From: Octopus vulgaris
Lineage: Eukaryota
DNA: 64,000 nt
NCBI GenBank assembly: GCA_951406725.2
Contig: OX597818.1
Coordinates: 45,632,001-45,696,000, forward strand
Direction: 5' to 3'
Part shown: positions 26,268 through 40,600 of the stretch, piece after piece
How the letters are laid out: each line of letters opens with the position of its first letter
How positions within the stretch are numbered: the stretch's first letter is position 1
The notes under the pieces: generated by a model
What the model was told of the DNA's origin: nothing
Database searches by the model: none
What the model saw: only the letters and a program-made list of their open reading frames with translations
Program-made: the position numbers and the translations under genes

Positions 26268-26533
26268 TATTTGTCATTGAAAAAAAATATGACATTTCAT
26301 TCATAATCAAAAACTGAAAATATTATGTTCTCCGTAATTATTTAACTTTAAAATGTAAAATTTATAAAATGAAACTTGACTGACAGGGTTGAATGAGATT
26401 TTGATGAAATCTGAAAGTCCGTGTTATCAACATCTATTGTTAATTTTAGCAATTTCAAGTTTCCAGCGCATTTCCAAATCTGGAGGCGACATACTCTAAG
26501 GGAGACAACTGCATGTTCATGTTAACGTCTTAA

Positions 26534-27219
26534 TCTCTCTATATATAAAGCTGAAGTTGTCTGTGTATGGCAGGTTTGGTAGCCTTCAACACTATCTCCA
26601 CAGAGATACTGCGGCGCAAGTTGACCAAAATTGAGAGCATAATAGAAGAAGGCTTGCTCTTCCTTCCGTAGAAGAAAAAATTCAAATCGGACCATGTTAA
26701 CACCAAAAATTATTTACATCAAAAAGGTGCTTTTTTTCTATGAAAATCCCTAATTTTACGATTTTTTTTTACTGCTGTGTCGCCATTTTTCGGTGTATTT
26801 CAACCAGAAAAATGTTCACTTAAAGAGAATAACAAGCTACATAATGCATAATTTTTACTTTTCAAACATTCCAATTGACTAACTGCCACCCATAAAATTT
26901 CTGTGCCTACAGTAAAAAGGCTTATTATTACATTCAGCCTTTTCATCTTTTTAAGGTCAATAAAATAAAGTACCAGACAAATGCTAGATTCAATGTAATT
27001 TACTGGGGCCCCTCCCCTCAAAATTACTAACCTTATGTCAAGATTTGAAACAAATTACATTCTCCTTGAGTAAGTGTCTTCTATCATAATCTCTGGTCAA
27101 TCAGAACTTTGTAAAATGAAATTGGTAGACGGAAACTGTGTGGAAGCCAATTAGAAGAGACTATTCTTGTTCTAGGATGGTCAAAACAAACCCGAGCAAC
27201 GCCGGGCGATACTGCTTAG
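26534..27219 (+). mobile_element. Non-autonomous Helitron with nested SINE fragments
   Basis: A|TCTCTCTATATATAAAG start; end CCCGAGCAACGCCGGGCGATACTGCTTAG-T shared with 36796-37193. Confidence 0.75.
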
Positions 27220-27382
27220 TAGATTAATAAATTGACAAATAAATGAAAATAGTGCACCACAAACTGCCTAAAGACAGGAATCAATTGAAATCATATAAAT
27301 AACCAAAATATTAAAAAATTTTATTTTGTATCAAAGAATAGTTACCATCGTTTTGTATTTGTAGCAATCGTTAGAAAATATC

Positions 27383-27388
27383 TTTATT
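27383..27388 (-). terminator. Candidate polyadenylation signal AATAAA for NUBP2 (second one at 27320-27325)
   Basis: AATAAA on the minus strand about 60 nt after the stop; chance occurrence is possible in AT-rich DNA. Confidence 0.5.
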
Positions 27389-27447
27389 AACAATTAACAG
27401 TCTTATTAACAAATGTCTGATTCAAGAGAGGCTCAAATGAAGAATAT

Positions 27448-27575
27448 TCAAGATGTATTCTCAACTTCAATTACTTTTTCAACAATAGAAGAAAGAGCAT
27501 CAAACAAAGGCGAGTCTGTGGTCTCAGGAATACTTTCTGTATATGAGGTGACATGCTGATCAATGGGGATACATC
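27448..27575 (-). CDS. NUBP2: NUBP2 terminal exon 8 ([42 protein letters not shown])
   Basis: Acceptor gcttttttcag|GA; TGA at 27450-27448; GxIPID corresponds to the family GSVPLD motif. Confidence 0.92.
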
Positions 27576-28769
27576 CTGAAAAAAGCACAATTACATAAAT
27601 ATACTATAAGTGAATATACATCTTTTGGAGTGAATATTTATACTGCATTTCAATTGGTTCAATCTCTGATTTCCTCAGGTGTTTTAGTCATCAATATATA
27701 CATATATGAAAGGCGGCGAGCTTGCAGAAACGTTAACACGCCGGGCGATATGCGTAGCCGTATTTCGCCTACCGTTATGTTCTGAGTTCAAATTCCATCG
27801 AGGTCAACTTTGCCTTTCATCCTTTCGGGGTCGATAAATTAAGTACCAGTTGCGCATTGGGGTCGATATAATCGACTTAATCCGTTTGTCTGTCCTTGTT
27901 TGTCCCCTGTGTTTAGCCCCTTGTGGCTAGTAAAGAAATATATATACATTCTCCTAAGGTGACAAGTTGGCAGAATCATTAGCATGCTAGACAGAAGCAT
28001 GGAACAAACTGCCAGCATCAGTTGTTAGTTGTCAGAGCACTGCATCCTTCAAAACTTCCATGCTTCCTGAGATTCGCCAACACTACACCTGATTTTCTCC
28101 CCTCCATACACACGCAAGCATGTAGCTGACTCATACACTGTTCGCTTTCCAGACATTTGTACATTAATGCATATGCTTTATAAGCACTTTTGACAAGTTG
28201 TGGTGCACCTGAGCACTGTATACAATAATTTCATTATTATTTTTTAAATGCTTCACAGCATTTCATCCGTCATTATGCTCTGAGTTCAAATTCTGCCAAC
28301 GTTGACCTTGACTTTCATCCTTTCAGGGTTAATAAAATAAGTACCAGTTGAGTACCAGGGTTGATATAATCGACTTTCGTCCTCTACTTAAATTGCCAGC
28401 CCTGTACCAAAATTCAAAACCTTTTCAGCCTGCAGAGAAATGACTAAAGTTTGCCCTGTTTATAATTATACCATATGCCACGTTTTTATTATATCATACC
28501 TTGATACTGTGTGGACTAAGATCCCTGTTGACAGGCCACTGGTATTTATAGAGTGTTAAACACTTTTGGTATGCAAATTAGGGACTCCTTCATAGCGTAA
28601 CTGCTGCATTTGTTGAGTATATAAACAGTTTGGCTTCTTGTTTCTCTGGAGACTGTTAGAATGATGTGGACACCTCTAATGAGAATCCAATAAAGGTTGT
28701 TCGTCATTATTTTCAGTCTAAGGAGAAATGGCTAAAATTTGCCCTGTTTATAATTATATCACATATTAC

Positions 28770-28805
<36 letters not shown>

Positions 28806-31800
28806 TGACAGTAGTAGCAGCAGCAGTAGTAGTAGTAGTAGTTTACTCACCCCAAAATGGAATGCTGAGTTCTTTTGCCAGGGATTCTCCACCTCCTTTT
28901 GAAAATAGGTTAGAACACTCCTGTAATTAAAATGAATTTCATAAATAATGAAGAAAATAAACTGAATTACAGTCTCTGGGCCACATAGCTAGAGCTTCAT
29001 ACCTTAACTTCACCTAATATCAATTTTCAAACCATATGCTGCCTGACTGGCTCCCGTGCTGGTGGCACATAAAAAGCACCCACTACACTCTCGGAGTGGT
29101 TAGTGTTAGGAAGGACATCCAACTGTAGAAACCTTGCCAGATCAGATTGGAGCGTGGTGCAGCCTACTGGCTTGCCAGTCCTCAGTCAAACCGTCCAACC
29201 CATGCCAGCATAGAAAACAGGTGATGATGATGATGATGATGTTACAGAAAATATTTAAAACCAGAAATAATGTAAAAGTATAATAATAATAATAATAATA
29301 ATAATAAATGCCCTGATGCAGTACCAGGCAGTGTCTCTCATGGCTTCTGATCTTAACTGATTGGAAGTGTTATCATGCACATTGTTTTGTCTTGGTATAA
29401 AAGATGGGCTACAACAAATATTCTGCTCAATACCACAGATTTGCTTGTCAGTTGTTTGACTTTAACCAGTTGAGCATGTCCCTTAGTGGCTGACGATATG
29501 TGCATCTCTGATCACGAGCAGAAGTAGTGGGGGAGCATCATAGCCATGTGTTGAGAGGGATTCTTTGGGGTTTGAATAATTCACCTCTGGAAACATGGGT
29601 GGTTCTTTCAACATCCTTAAACAACCCTTATTCAGGGACCTTTTTGAGCGGGATGGGCTACTCAACCTGAAGAAAATTCTAACTGGTTCCCACCTGCAAG
29701 GTCATGCACAGTTTATTTTGATATGAGATCACCATGTCATGCAAATATGGTTGTGATGCATGTGCCTGGTGTACCCTTATCAGACAGTTAGCTATGATGG
29801 GTATACTGGGCTTTGTATATTTTACCCCAGTTTTACTTTGATGGCATGCACTGCTCTCTTACTCAATAATCATCATCATCATCATTGTTTAACGTCCATT
29901 TTCCATGCTAGCATGGGTTGGACGGTTTGACCAGGGTCTGGGAAGCCAGGAGGCTGCACCAGACTCCAGTCTGATCTGGCAGTGTTTCTACAGCTGGATG
30001 CCCTTCCTAACGCCAACCACTCCGTGAGTGTAGTGGGTGCTTTTTATGTGCCAGGGGAGGCTGGCAACGGCCACGATCGGTTGGTGCTTATTACGTGCCA
30101 CCGGCACAGAAGCCAGTCAAGGTGGTGCTGGCATCGACCACGTACGGATGATGCTTTTTACGTGCCACCGGCACAAGTGCCAATAATAATAAAAATAATA
30201 ATAATATCATCAGCAGCAGCAGCATTTGACATCAAATTTTCCATGCTTGCATGGGTCAGAAGAAATTTGTTGAGGCAGATTTTCTATGGCTGGAAACCCT
30301 CAACTTATCCTCTACCCTGAAATTGCAAGCAAGGTAATATTGCCTCATGCCCAGACATGTTTTTGCAGAAACTTGGAAATAAATGACACTGCTTGTATGA
30401 CAACGACTATCATATACAATTATCACATGATGACAAGAGAAGTTTCAAAATCCACAAAATTCTGCTAATATTAAAACAATTATACCTTGCATGATGGACA
30501 AACAAAACCACTCATATTTTCAATCAATCCAAGTATAGGTATGCCTGTCTTTTGGCAGAAAGTAGCTTCACGACGCACATCACCAACAGAGACAGACTAG
30601 AATGAAAAGAGATGAAGGAAATTTTTCACTATTACAATAGGATAAAAAATTAGAAAATTACTATTTGTAAATCTCACAATGAGAGATATTCAGCAACAGT
30701 ACTTTAGAGTAAAGATCATTTGCCAACATAACATGGCAGTCCCAGAAATCGCAATACACAGATATTGTTTTTGAGCTGAGTGGGGGCACTAGATTCCCTT
30801 GTTCGAAAATATAAGGACACAGATCGTGTCATATAGCCAGCTGGAGATGATGCTTCCTGGGGCTAAATTACAGCAACATTCTTCCTAATTTATAGATCAG
30901 TGATTAGTTGTCACTTTGAAAACTATATATTTCAAATGGGAATCTGGCAGCACCACCTCTAGCCTAACAATTATTCTGTGCTGATGAAGAGAAATAACCC
31001 GGAAATCGCAAAACACAGATATTGTTTTGAGCTGAGTGGGTGTACTAGATTCCTTTGTTAAAAAATATAAGGACACGTCGTGTTGTATAGCCAGCTGGAG
31101 ATGATGTCTCCTGGGGCTAAATTACAGCAACATTCGTCCTAAACCAGGACTGCCATGTTATGTTGCCAAATAATCTTTACTTCAAGATAAAAAATGATTA
31201 ACAAACAAGAAGCTGTAAGTTTTGATTAAATGAGGGTGTGCAGGGGTGACAGAATGTGTTAAGGTTGTTAAAATAAAGCCTGAGAGAGTAGAATGAGTAA
31301 TAGTATCAACTATATATGAGAGTTTGTAGCTGGAGGTAAAAGCAAGTTATTATCAATCGTTACTGTAGAGAAAATATATTATTAGAGAAGCCAAGGTTGA
31401 CTTTGCCTTTCATCCTTTTGGGTTCAAAAAAACAAGTACCAGTTGAGTACTGGGGTTGATGTATTCAACTTACCCCCTCCCCTGAAATTGCAGGTTTTGT
31501 ACCAAAATTTGAAAGCAATAATATTAGAGAGGTGTAGCGTGTAGCCATTTTAAAATAGTACCGCCAATTTGTGGTAGCTGGCAATATGACGTAATGTCAT
31601 ATTGCCGAAGAAATATGGTTGTTGTTTTCCCATTAGTTGAAATAACTGCTCATATAGGAATTCTAAAAATTAGTTAAAGAATATTTTTATGTGATTTCAA
31701 TTCTTTAAAGTCAAGTTGAGCAGTTATAAAAACCCTGGATTTTGGGGAAAACTTTAGTGTTTTGTGGGATGTTACTAAACTCCACAACACTCACTGTTTT

Positions 31801-34800
31801 GAGACATTGGTTATTTTTTTATGCCATGTCCATGAAAAATCTCCCAATACTTGTTAACTGCATTGACAAAAGGTCGTTAGTTTGACATTTAACGCAAACT
31901 TGATGTCCAACATCAGTGTAGGGAAAATCTATGTGAACTTTCAAAAAATATCGCAGAAAAATCGGTTTGCTATGTGTGCCACGTATGATGTAATTAACCG
32001 ATTTTTTCCAGTAATAACATATCCTATTGGAATCAAAAGGGTCATATAGCTCCTTGGAGCAGACATGATGCTCGCTGTGAATTTCAAAAAAAATTCCTGC
32101 CAATTTGTTAAAGATATTGTCAAAAATATGTCATCTTGAATTTGAATGCGATTTCCCAAAATGGCATGATTTTATAGATTTTTTCTGATGGTAAGGTATT
32201 GCATGGAAAACTAACGTCAGAATTAAGTTCCTTTAGGGTAACATTAAGCTTCACCATGAGTTTGGTGAAAATCGATTGCAAGTTGCGAAAACTACAACGG
32301 AAAATGTGTTGCATATGATAAGCTTAGATTCTCGACCCCATGTCGAATTTATCGATTTTTTTCAGAACTGGGGGAACTTCTCAAAATTTTCGCTGCATTA
32401 GTTTTGAATTATGACATTGGGCTATGTGTGTGTCAAGTTTCATCAGAATTGGTTGAAAGCCGTGGTCAGGGTGAGGGTAGAACCTGACAGACACACAGAC
32501 AGACAAACTGCCTTTTATATATATAGAGATGTAGATTGTAGAAAGGCTCTCTGATGTATCTTTAATAGTTCTCAGATACAGCTGTCAGATTACCTAAAAT
32601 AGCCATAGAATTTGAACCCATTTCAACTGGTTTTGTGCATTTAATTTATAATAAAGTGTTATTAGAATATTAAATGGAAAGTAAAAATGAGTGAATTCAA
32701 TATTAACCAGGTGAATATATTGGTTCATTCGTTTAAATATGTAGACTCTTATTTTGTTTGAGTACGTGAACTTGTGCTGGATATTAATAGTGTATATTTG
32801 TATCTTACTGAATAAGTATAAATTAAATTGTGTATGCTACTAGATCAGCTCCTTGATCAATTAAAAAGAGGTTTGGTTTAAATCTTCCATTCACTAAAAC
32901 AGCTATGTCCATTTGTTTGCTTTTTCGTTTTTGTTTTTTTTTAAATATATTTATTGCTTTGGTCTATCGCAGAACCTTCAAAACCAGTAAGATTAATGTT
33001 ATTAACATTCCTCTTAAATAATTGCAATACCAAGGCTACAAGAATAAAAGCATGTGCTATGATAGAATGCCAGAAAGGTGGTATTTTGGTAAGGAAAAAC
33101 AAAATGTAACAGTTAGTACAGGTCACTTTTGATGAAGTGTTAAGTTAGAAGGACATAAACAAACCGACACCAATTTTCATGTGATGGAGGAACAAACACA
33201 CGTATGTGTGTGTATGTGTGTTTGTGTGTGTGCATGCGTGCATGCAGAGAGAGAGAGAGGGGTTTTTCACACAGTTTCCATCTACCAAATTCATTCATAA
33301 AGTCTCAGTTGGCCTCAGGTTATAGTAAAAGACATGCAGTGAGATTGAACCTGAAACTACATGGTCATAAAGTGAAGTTCTTAACCACACAGCCAATGTC
33401 AGATTTTTTTTTTTTTGACATCTACATGAGCAGTGAACAGTACCCTCCCAAATGTGGAAACTACACTCCATTGTGGATTTCATGTGTGTAGAATGTTTGC
33501 AATTTTTGAAAACTGAAGTATTTTCTGGCTCTGAAGAGGGAAACTTATTCTTTGTGATGCTGTCTTTGCAATGAAGAGAATGGACATCAACCAAAACAGG
33601 ACTTTGGTGAAACCTAGCTTTTGAAGTGATTATGAAAGTTCTAGTCAAGTGCTGTCCATGTGTTAGGTGTTAAGTTGTTGTACGATGTTCATGACTTTAC
33701 CTGAGGTGTAGTAACCAAAACAGCTCCATCTGGATTATAACTCCGAAGACTTTCCACAACAGCTAAATGCTCATCCGATGTACCAGGTGGGGTATCAATA
33801 ATCAGATATTCAGTGTCTTGCCAACAAACATCGTTTATAAACTGGTGAATCATTGCTGAAATTATAAAAGAACGAAACAATAAACAGCTGTTGTAGTTAT
33901 TAACCTTTTAGCATTCAGATTACTCCGTCAAATGTAAAGCTTAATTATTCACATTGTTTTGAATTTATCATGCATTATGTCATAGCTTCAAGACATGATG
34001 TGACTCATCTTCTATCTTTTCTTTTACCTGTGTCAGACAGAATGTGGCCATACTGGGGCACTGTTTTTCAAGAATTTTAGTTAAATGAATCATCATCATC
34101 GTTTAACGTCCCTTTTCCATGCTAGCATGGGTTGGACGATTTTGATGAGGGCTGGCGAACCAGATGGCTGCACCAGGCTCCAATCTTGATCTGGCAGAGT
34201 TTCTGCAGCTGGATGCCCTTCCTAACGCCAACCACTCCGAGAGTGTAGTGGGTGCTTTTTACGTCCCAGTCAGGCGGTACTGGCAATGACCTCGCTCAAA
34301 TCTTTTTATACGTGCCACCAGCACAGGTGCCAGTGAAGTGACGTTGGTAACAATCACACTCGAATGGTGCCCTTTTATGTGCCACGGGTACGGAAGCCAG
34401 TTGGCTGCTCTGGCAACGATCACGCTCGGATGGTGCTCTTGGCACCCCCCAGTACTTATCTCTTTAAGCATGATACTTAATTCTATTGGCCCCTTTTGCT
34501 AAGCCACTAAGTTATGGGGACATAAACACACCAACACCAATTGTCAGGTGGTTATGAATGACAAACATAGACACAAAGACACACACACACACATGATCGT
34601 GAGATTGTGGTTTCAATTCCTAGACAGGGTGGTGGACTGTGCCTTTGAGCGAAACACTTCATCTCATGTTGCTTTGCGATCACTTCAACACCTGATGCAT
34701 GGTCACCATGCACCTGTTCAGACAACGACAATTTTGGTCAGCCTAAGACTACAGTAGAAGACACTTGCCCAAGGTGCCATGCATGTTTTGTATTAAGATC

Positions 34801-35879
34801 TATGTCTATACTAGCACTATGACCCAGCAAACAAAAAAGTCACTTCTATTGATTTTTTAATAGTTTTGCTGGGTGACTGGGAAAATGTAAAGATGTGCAC
34901 GACCTCACTTGGACGGTTTTGAATGACCATAGAAAGTGCAAGCCCTCTAACTGAAAAATTGTGGATTTATATAAAGGATACACACACAGACAGACATTTT
35001 GTCGTTTATATATATATAGATTTACCTGTTTTTCTTGGTCCTCGCCAAACGATTGCATCATTTTTATTTTCCAGTAGAAATGCTATCGACATAACAGCCA
35101 GTCTTTGCTCTTTATCAAAGTATACTGGAACCCACCTGTAACATAGATGTAGTCTTCATTAGCTTGCATATAGAAAATTCTGTCAATTTGTGTGTGTGTG
35201 TGTGGGTTTCATGATGCAAACAGGAAAAATAGAAATCAAAACATGAGTATACATATAGTGTTTATTAATAATTGGCAGAAGTTACAGAGTGACTCAAAGG
35301 CCAAGAGTTTTGTGTGTTGGCCAACGCATGAAACTCTCACCATTTAGTCATTCTGTAACTTCTGCCAATTACTAATATAGTAGATGGAAGCTGAAAGAAG
35401 CCTGTCATATATATATATATATTTCGTTTTTGGATTTGGTTTGCAAGATTCTTTATATGAGTTCGTGTGTTGAAGCATATTCTGTTGTGTCTGGGGAGAG
35501 TCATTTTCTTTTTGTGCCTTATTATTTGACACAATCACCGGTAAAATTTCCTAAAATTTTTGTTGCGTCTTGCAACCTTTTCAATAGTTTTGACTCTCAA
35601 AACTATTGCAAAGGTTGCAAGAAGTAGGGAAAATTTTAGGACAATAAAAATAAAAAATTAGAAAAAAGTGGAAATTTTACCGGTGAGTGTGTTAAATAAT
35701 AAGGCACAAAAAGAAAATGACACTCTCCAGACACAACAATATATATATATATATATATATAGTCAAAGGGCGTCCACAAAGTTTGGGTACATGGAGTAAA
35801 TAAAATCATAACACAAAGAATTAAATATAAGAAATAATAATATATGTAAATCCCCATGTACCCAGACTTTGTGGACACC

Positions 35880-35917
<38 letters not shown>

Positions 35918-37564
35918 GACGGGCTTCTTTCAGCTTCCGTCTACCAAATCCACTCACAAGCCTTTGGTCAGCCTGAGGTTATAGTAGAAGACACTTGCCC
36001 AAGGTGCCACGCAGTAGGACTGGACCCAGAACCATGTGGTTGGTAAGCAAGCTACTTACCACACAGCCACTCCTGCACTTGGACAATGAACTTTGCTTAC
36101 GAAGACCTATTGAGGCAAGTGTAAACAAATCAAAATCGCTGATGTGGCCAATGAAATTATTGCCTGACTGGCTCTTGTGCCAGAGGAACGTTAAAAGCAC
36201 ATCCGAGCATGGTCGTTGCCAGGGCCACGGATTGGCTCCTGTGCCAGTGACACATGAAAAGCACCATTCGAGCATGATCATTGCCAGTGTCACCTCATGA
36301 GCACATGTGCAGGTGGCACATGTAAAACAACATTCGAGCGTGGTCGTTGCCAGTGCCGCTAGACTGGCTCCTGTGCAGGTAACATGTAAAAACACCTTTG
36401 AGCATTGTCGTTGCCAGAACCACCTGACTGGCCCTCGTGCCGGTGGCATGTAAAAGCACCCACTACCCTCTCAGAGTGGTTGGCATTAGGAAGGGCATCC
36501 AGCTGAAGAAACTTTGCCAGATCAGATTGAGCCTGGTGCAGCTTCTGGCTCACCAGTCCTCAGCCAAACCATCCAACCTATGCCAGCATGGAAAGTGGAT
36601 GTTAAACAATGATGATGATGATGATGATATATATAGGAGAAAAAATAAGTTCAAAAAGAACAATTCAAACTTTTCGAGAGATCCAAAAAGAGAGAAAAAT
36701 TTATTTTTAATAAATATTTATCATATTCATAAAAATCAGCCAGAGCAAGTAATAAGAATACGAAAATAATAGTTGAAAAATTTCATTATTATAAATCTTT
36801 ATATATAAAAGAGAAGTTGTGTGTCTGTCTCCTACGATTTAGATTCCTAACTACTCCCACATTTTGCAGTGCAGTTTAACCAAAACCGGGTATCTTATAG
36901 TCGTGATTCATATCGAGCCCTTCTGGGTATTAGCGCACGTCTACGATGAGTCTACGATTTTTTTTTTTAATTTACCATCATTTTTTCCATATTAATGCAT
37001 TTTTTCGTTATTATATAAGGGAAGTAACTCTCTAAAAATGTCTACGATGAGTCAACGATTTAAAAAAAAATTTACCATCATTTTTTTTCCATTTTTAATG
37101 CATTTTTTTGCTATTTTTTTACTATAACTCTCTAAAAATGCTTATATAGTTATTTCCCTTACAAACCCAAGCAACGCCGGGCGATACTGCTAGTATACCA
37201 TAAACAAGTATCAAAAAATGGGGGAAAAAGATGTTGAATCAAAATTGGATTTAATACATATGCACATTTCGAAAGACAATAGAAATATGTAAGGAAAAAA
37301 TTATAATCATAGTAATTATAATTAAATTTATATATTGTCATTCTCATCAGTGTGAGGAATTTTTGGAAGAACATCAAAAAAGCTTAATAAAATAAAATAA
37401 AATAAAATAAAATAAGATATAATAAGGGAGAATACAGATGGGGTAATAGGGAAGAATCAGATATTTACAAACAAATTGTAAAAGTGGAAAAAATAATAAT
37501 AACAATGATAATAATAATGATGATAATAATAATGATGATAATAATAATGATGATAATAATAATG

Positions 37565-37607
<43 letters not shown>

Positions 37608-40600
37608 GCAGAAGCAAACCCATCAGTGGCTACGGAGCTCAGGGCTAAAAGCAGAGAGCGAAGGTTTCATCCTGGCTGCTCAAGATCAAAGCCTATTAAC
37701 CCGGAACTACCAGGCCAATGTGATGAAAAATGGAGCAGACCCAAAATGCCGATTCTGCAACGACATGATTGAAACAGTGGACCACCTAATCTCTGGATGT
37801 AAAGTCTTAGCACCAGTGGAGTATAAATTAAGACATGACAGAGTTGGCCAATATCTCCACTGGCTAATAAGTCGGCATTACAATATCAAAACTGCCGACA
37901 AGTGGTATAATCACCACCCTGAGGCTGTAACTGAAGGAGAAAATGTAACCATTCTGTGGGACTTTCCAGTACATACAGACCGTACCATCAAGGCCAATAA
38001 ACCAGATATTGTGAAAGACCAAAACAATAAAGTTTGCTTATTGATTGACATGAGCATCCCCTGTGATCATAATATCTCAGCGAAAGAGTTTGACAAGCTC
38101 AGAAAATATAAAGACCTACTCATTGAAATTGAGAAAATGTGGCATCTCAAGGCGGTTACAATACCAGTGATCGTAGGAGCACTAGGAATGATCAAGAAGG
38201 GAACCGAAAATTATATGAGAATGATCCCTGGCTTACCATCCCTGCAAGAAGTGCAAAAGATTGTCTTAACTGGTACATCACACGTATTGAGAAGAGCATT
38301 GTCGATGTGAGAACTGTTGCTGCTCATGTATTGTAATTTAACTTAAAAAAAAAAAAAAAAAAAATGAACGAACTACTGAGTTTGGTTTAATGGCCTACCA
38401 ATGTATACTATGAGTTTCTTTGCCCTAGGAGTCGGGAAGACACCCGGCAAGAAATGGAAGCAAATTTGAAAGAAGAAGAAAAAAAAAGTAATAATAATAA
38501 TAATAATAATAATGAGAGAGACAAAAAAGAAACAAAAACACATATCAATGTGTATGCAAGTCTATATGTGCAGAAAACTATAACATAAAAATAAAAATCT
38601 GATAGATATGTTTAAAGAAATTCTCGGATCTTCTCACTTTGACCGGCGGATTTAAAAAATAATTTTTTGTAACTAAACACTTTTAAACTTCATATACTGG
38701 TAGAATGTGTCACATAAAACATCTTTTTCTCTTGGCATTCTTGAGAAGATTCTGTAAACAGTGACAAACGAAACATACACCACCGGAACTTCTTGTTGAC
38801 AAACAGCAGCAGTAATTGTATTCACCTCAATAGACATCAGTGATTGGTTGAAATTGCCGAAATATGAGAAATTTAACAACAAATAGCTTGCAAACTACAG
38901 AATTTTCTCAAGAACACCAAGAGAAAAAGATGTTTTATGTGACACATTCTACCAGTATATAAAGTTTAAAAGTGTTTAGTTACAAAAAATTATTTTTTAA
39001 ATCTGCCGGTCAAAGTGAAAAGATCCAATAATAATAATAATAATAATAACAACAACAACATCGAAAAATACCTTAGGAATGAGAACCCAGGTTCAAAATT
39101 TCCCCAAGATACCTGAAGAAGGCTGGAGGGTATGTCAGCCAAAACATTGTGTTAGCAATAAACAAGATGAGGACAAATATCCGTCGAATGTAATTAATAT
39201 ACATAATTCCTCATCTCTTAAATATAGAACTGTATTAGATATAATGTATGCAATTGAAATTTAATTGAAAATCCTCAACTTACCCTTCAGGACAGTTGTG
39301 GACATCTTTACCATCAAGGTTTAGCATTTTGGGGATACTAGGACCACAAAGGTCAACATCCAAAAGACCAACCTATAAAAATAAAAAAAGCATTTTTTTT
39401 TAAGGTAAGTGGAAATCAGAATCAAAATCAAAATCGATCAACATCAATGGAAATTGTAGCTGTGATACCAGTGCCGGTGGCACGTAAGCAAACCATCCGA
39501 ACGTGGCCATTGCCAGCCTCGCCTTGCACGTAAAAAGCACCATCCGATCGTGGCCGTTGCCAGCCTCACCTGTCCCCGTGCCAGTGGCACGTAAAAAGCA
39601 CCATCCAACCGTGGCCGTTTGCCAGCCTCATCTGGCACCTGTGCCAGTGGGACGTAAAAAGCACCCACTACACTCACGGAGTGGTTGGCATTAGGAAGGG
39701 CATCCAGCCGTAGAAACATTGCCAGATCAGACTGGGCCTGGTGCAGCCTTCTGGCTTCCCAGACCCCAGTTGAACCGTCCAACCTATGCTAGCATGGAAA
39801 GCGGACGCTAAATGATGATGATGATGATGATTTTTTTTTTTAATAAGCAACTTATATGTCAAACAAATAGTTTGTTAAGTAGAAAATAATATCTGTATTA
39901 TTTTTAAGGTGATGAGATGGCAGAATCATTAGCAATCTGGGTAAAAATGCTTAGTAGCATTTTATCCATCTATATGTTCAGAGTTCAAATTCCACTGGGA
40001 TTGACTTTGCCTTTCACCCTTTCAGGGTCAATAAAATAAGTAGCAGTTGAGAACTGGGGTCAATGTAATCGACTTAACTCCTCACCCAAAATTGCTGGCT
40101 TTGTGCCATAATTTGAAACCAATTTTTGTTTTCCTTTGCTTGTTACAGTAGTTTTGACTGTGGCCATGCTGGAGTATCGCCTTTTAGTTGAAGAAAACCT
40201 GGGACGAGGTGGTGAAGCACAACCTTCGAACATTAGGTCTCACCAAGGCAATGACTAGTGACCGAGACCTTTGGAAGTATGCTGTGCGTGAGAAGACCCG
40301 GCAGGACAAGTGAGACCATAATCCGTGGCCTCTACCTGGGATGTAGCCAGTCCACTTATACATACCTTTCCTTCTTGGGACACAAAACTGCTTGTGAAGA
40401 CCTGTTGAGGCAAGTGAAATCGAAATCAATCAAAAATCAATGGAAATTGTAGTTGTGATACCAGTGCCGGTGGCACGTAAAAGAACCATCCAAACGTGGC
40501 CGTTGCCAGCGCGACCTCGACTGGCCTCCGTGCCGGTGGCACGTAAAAAGCACCAACCGATCGTGGTTGGGAGGAAGGGGAAGAAGGGTGGGGGAGAAGA

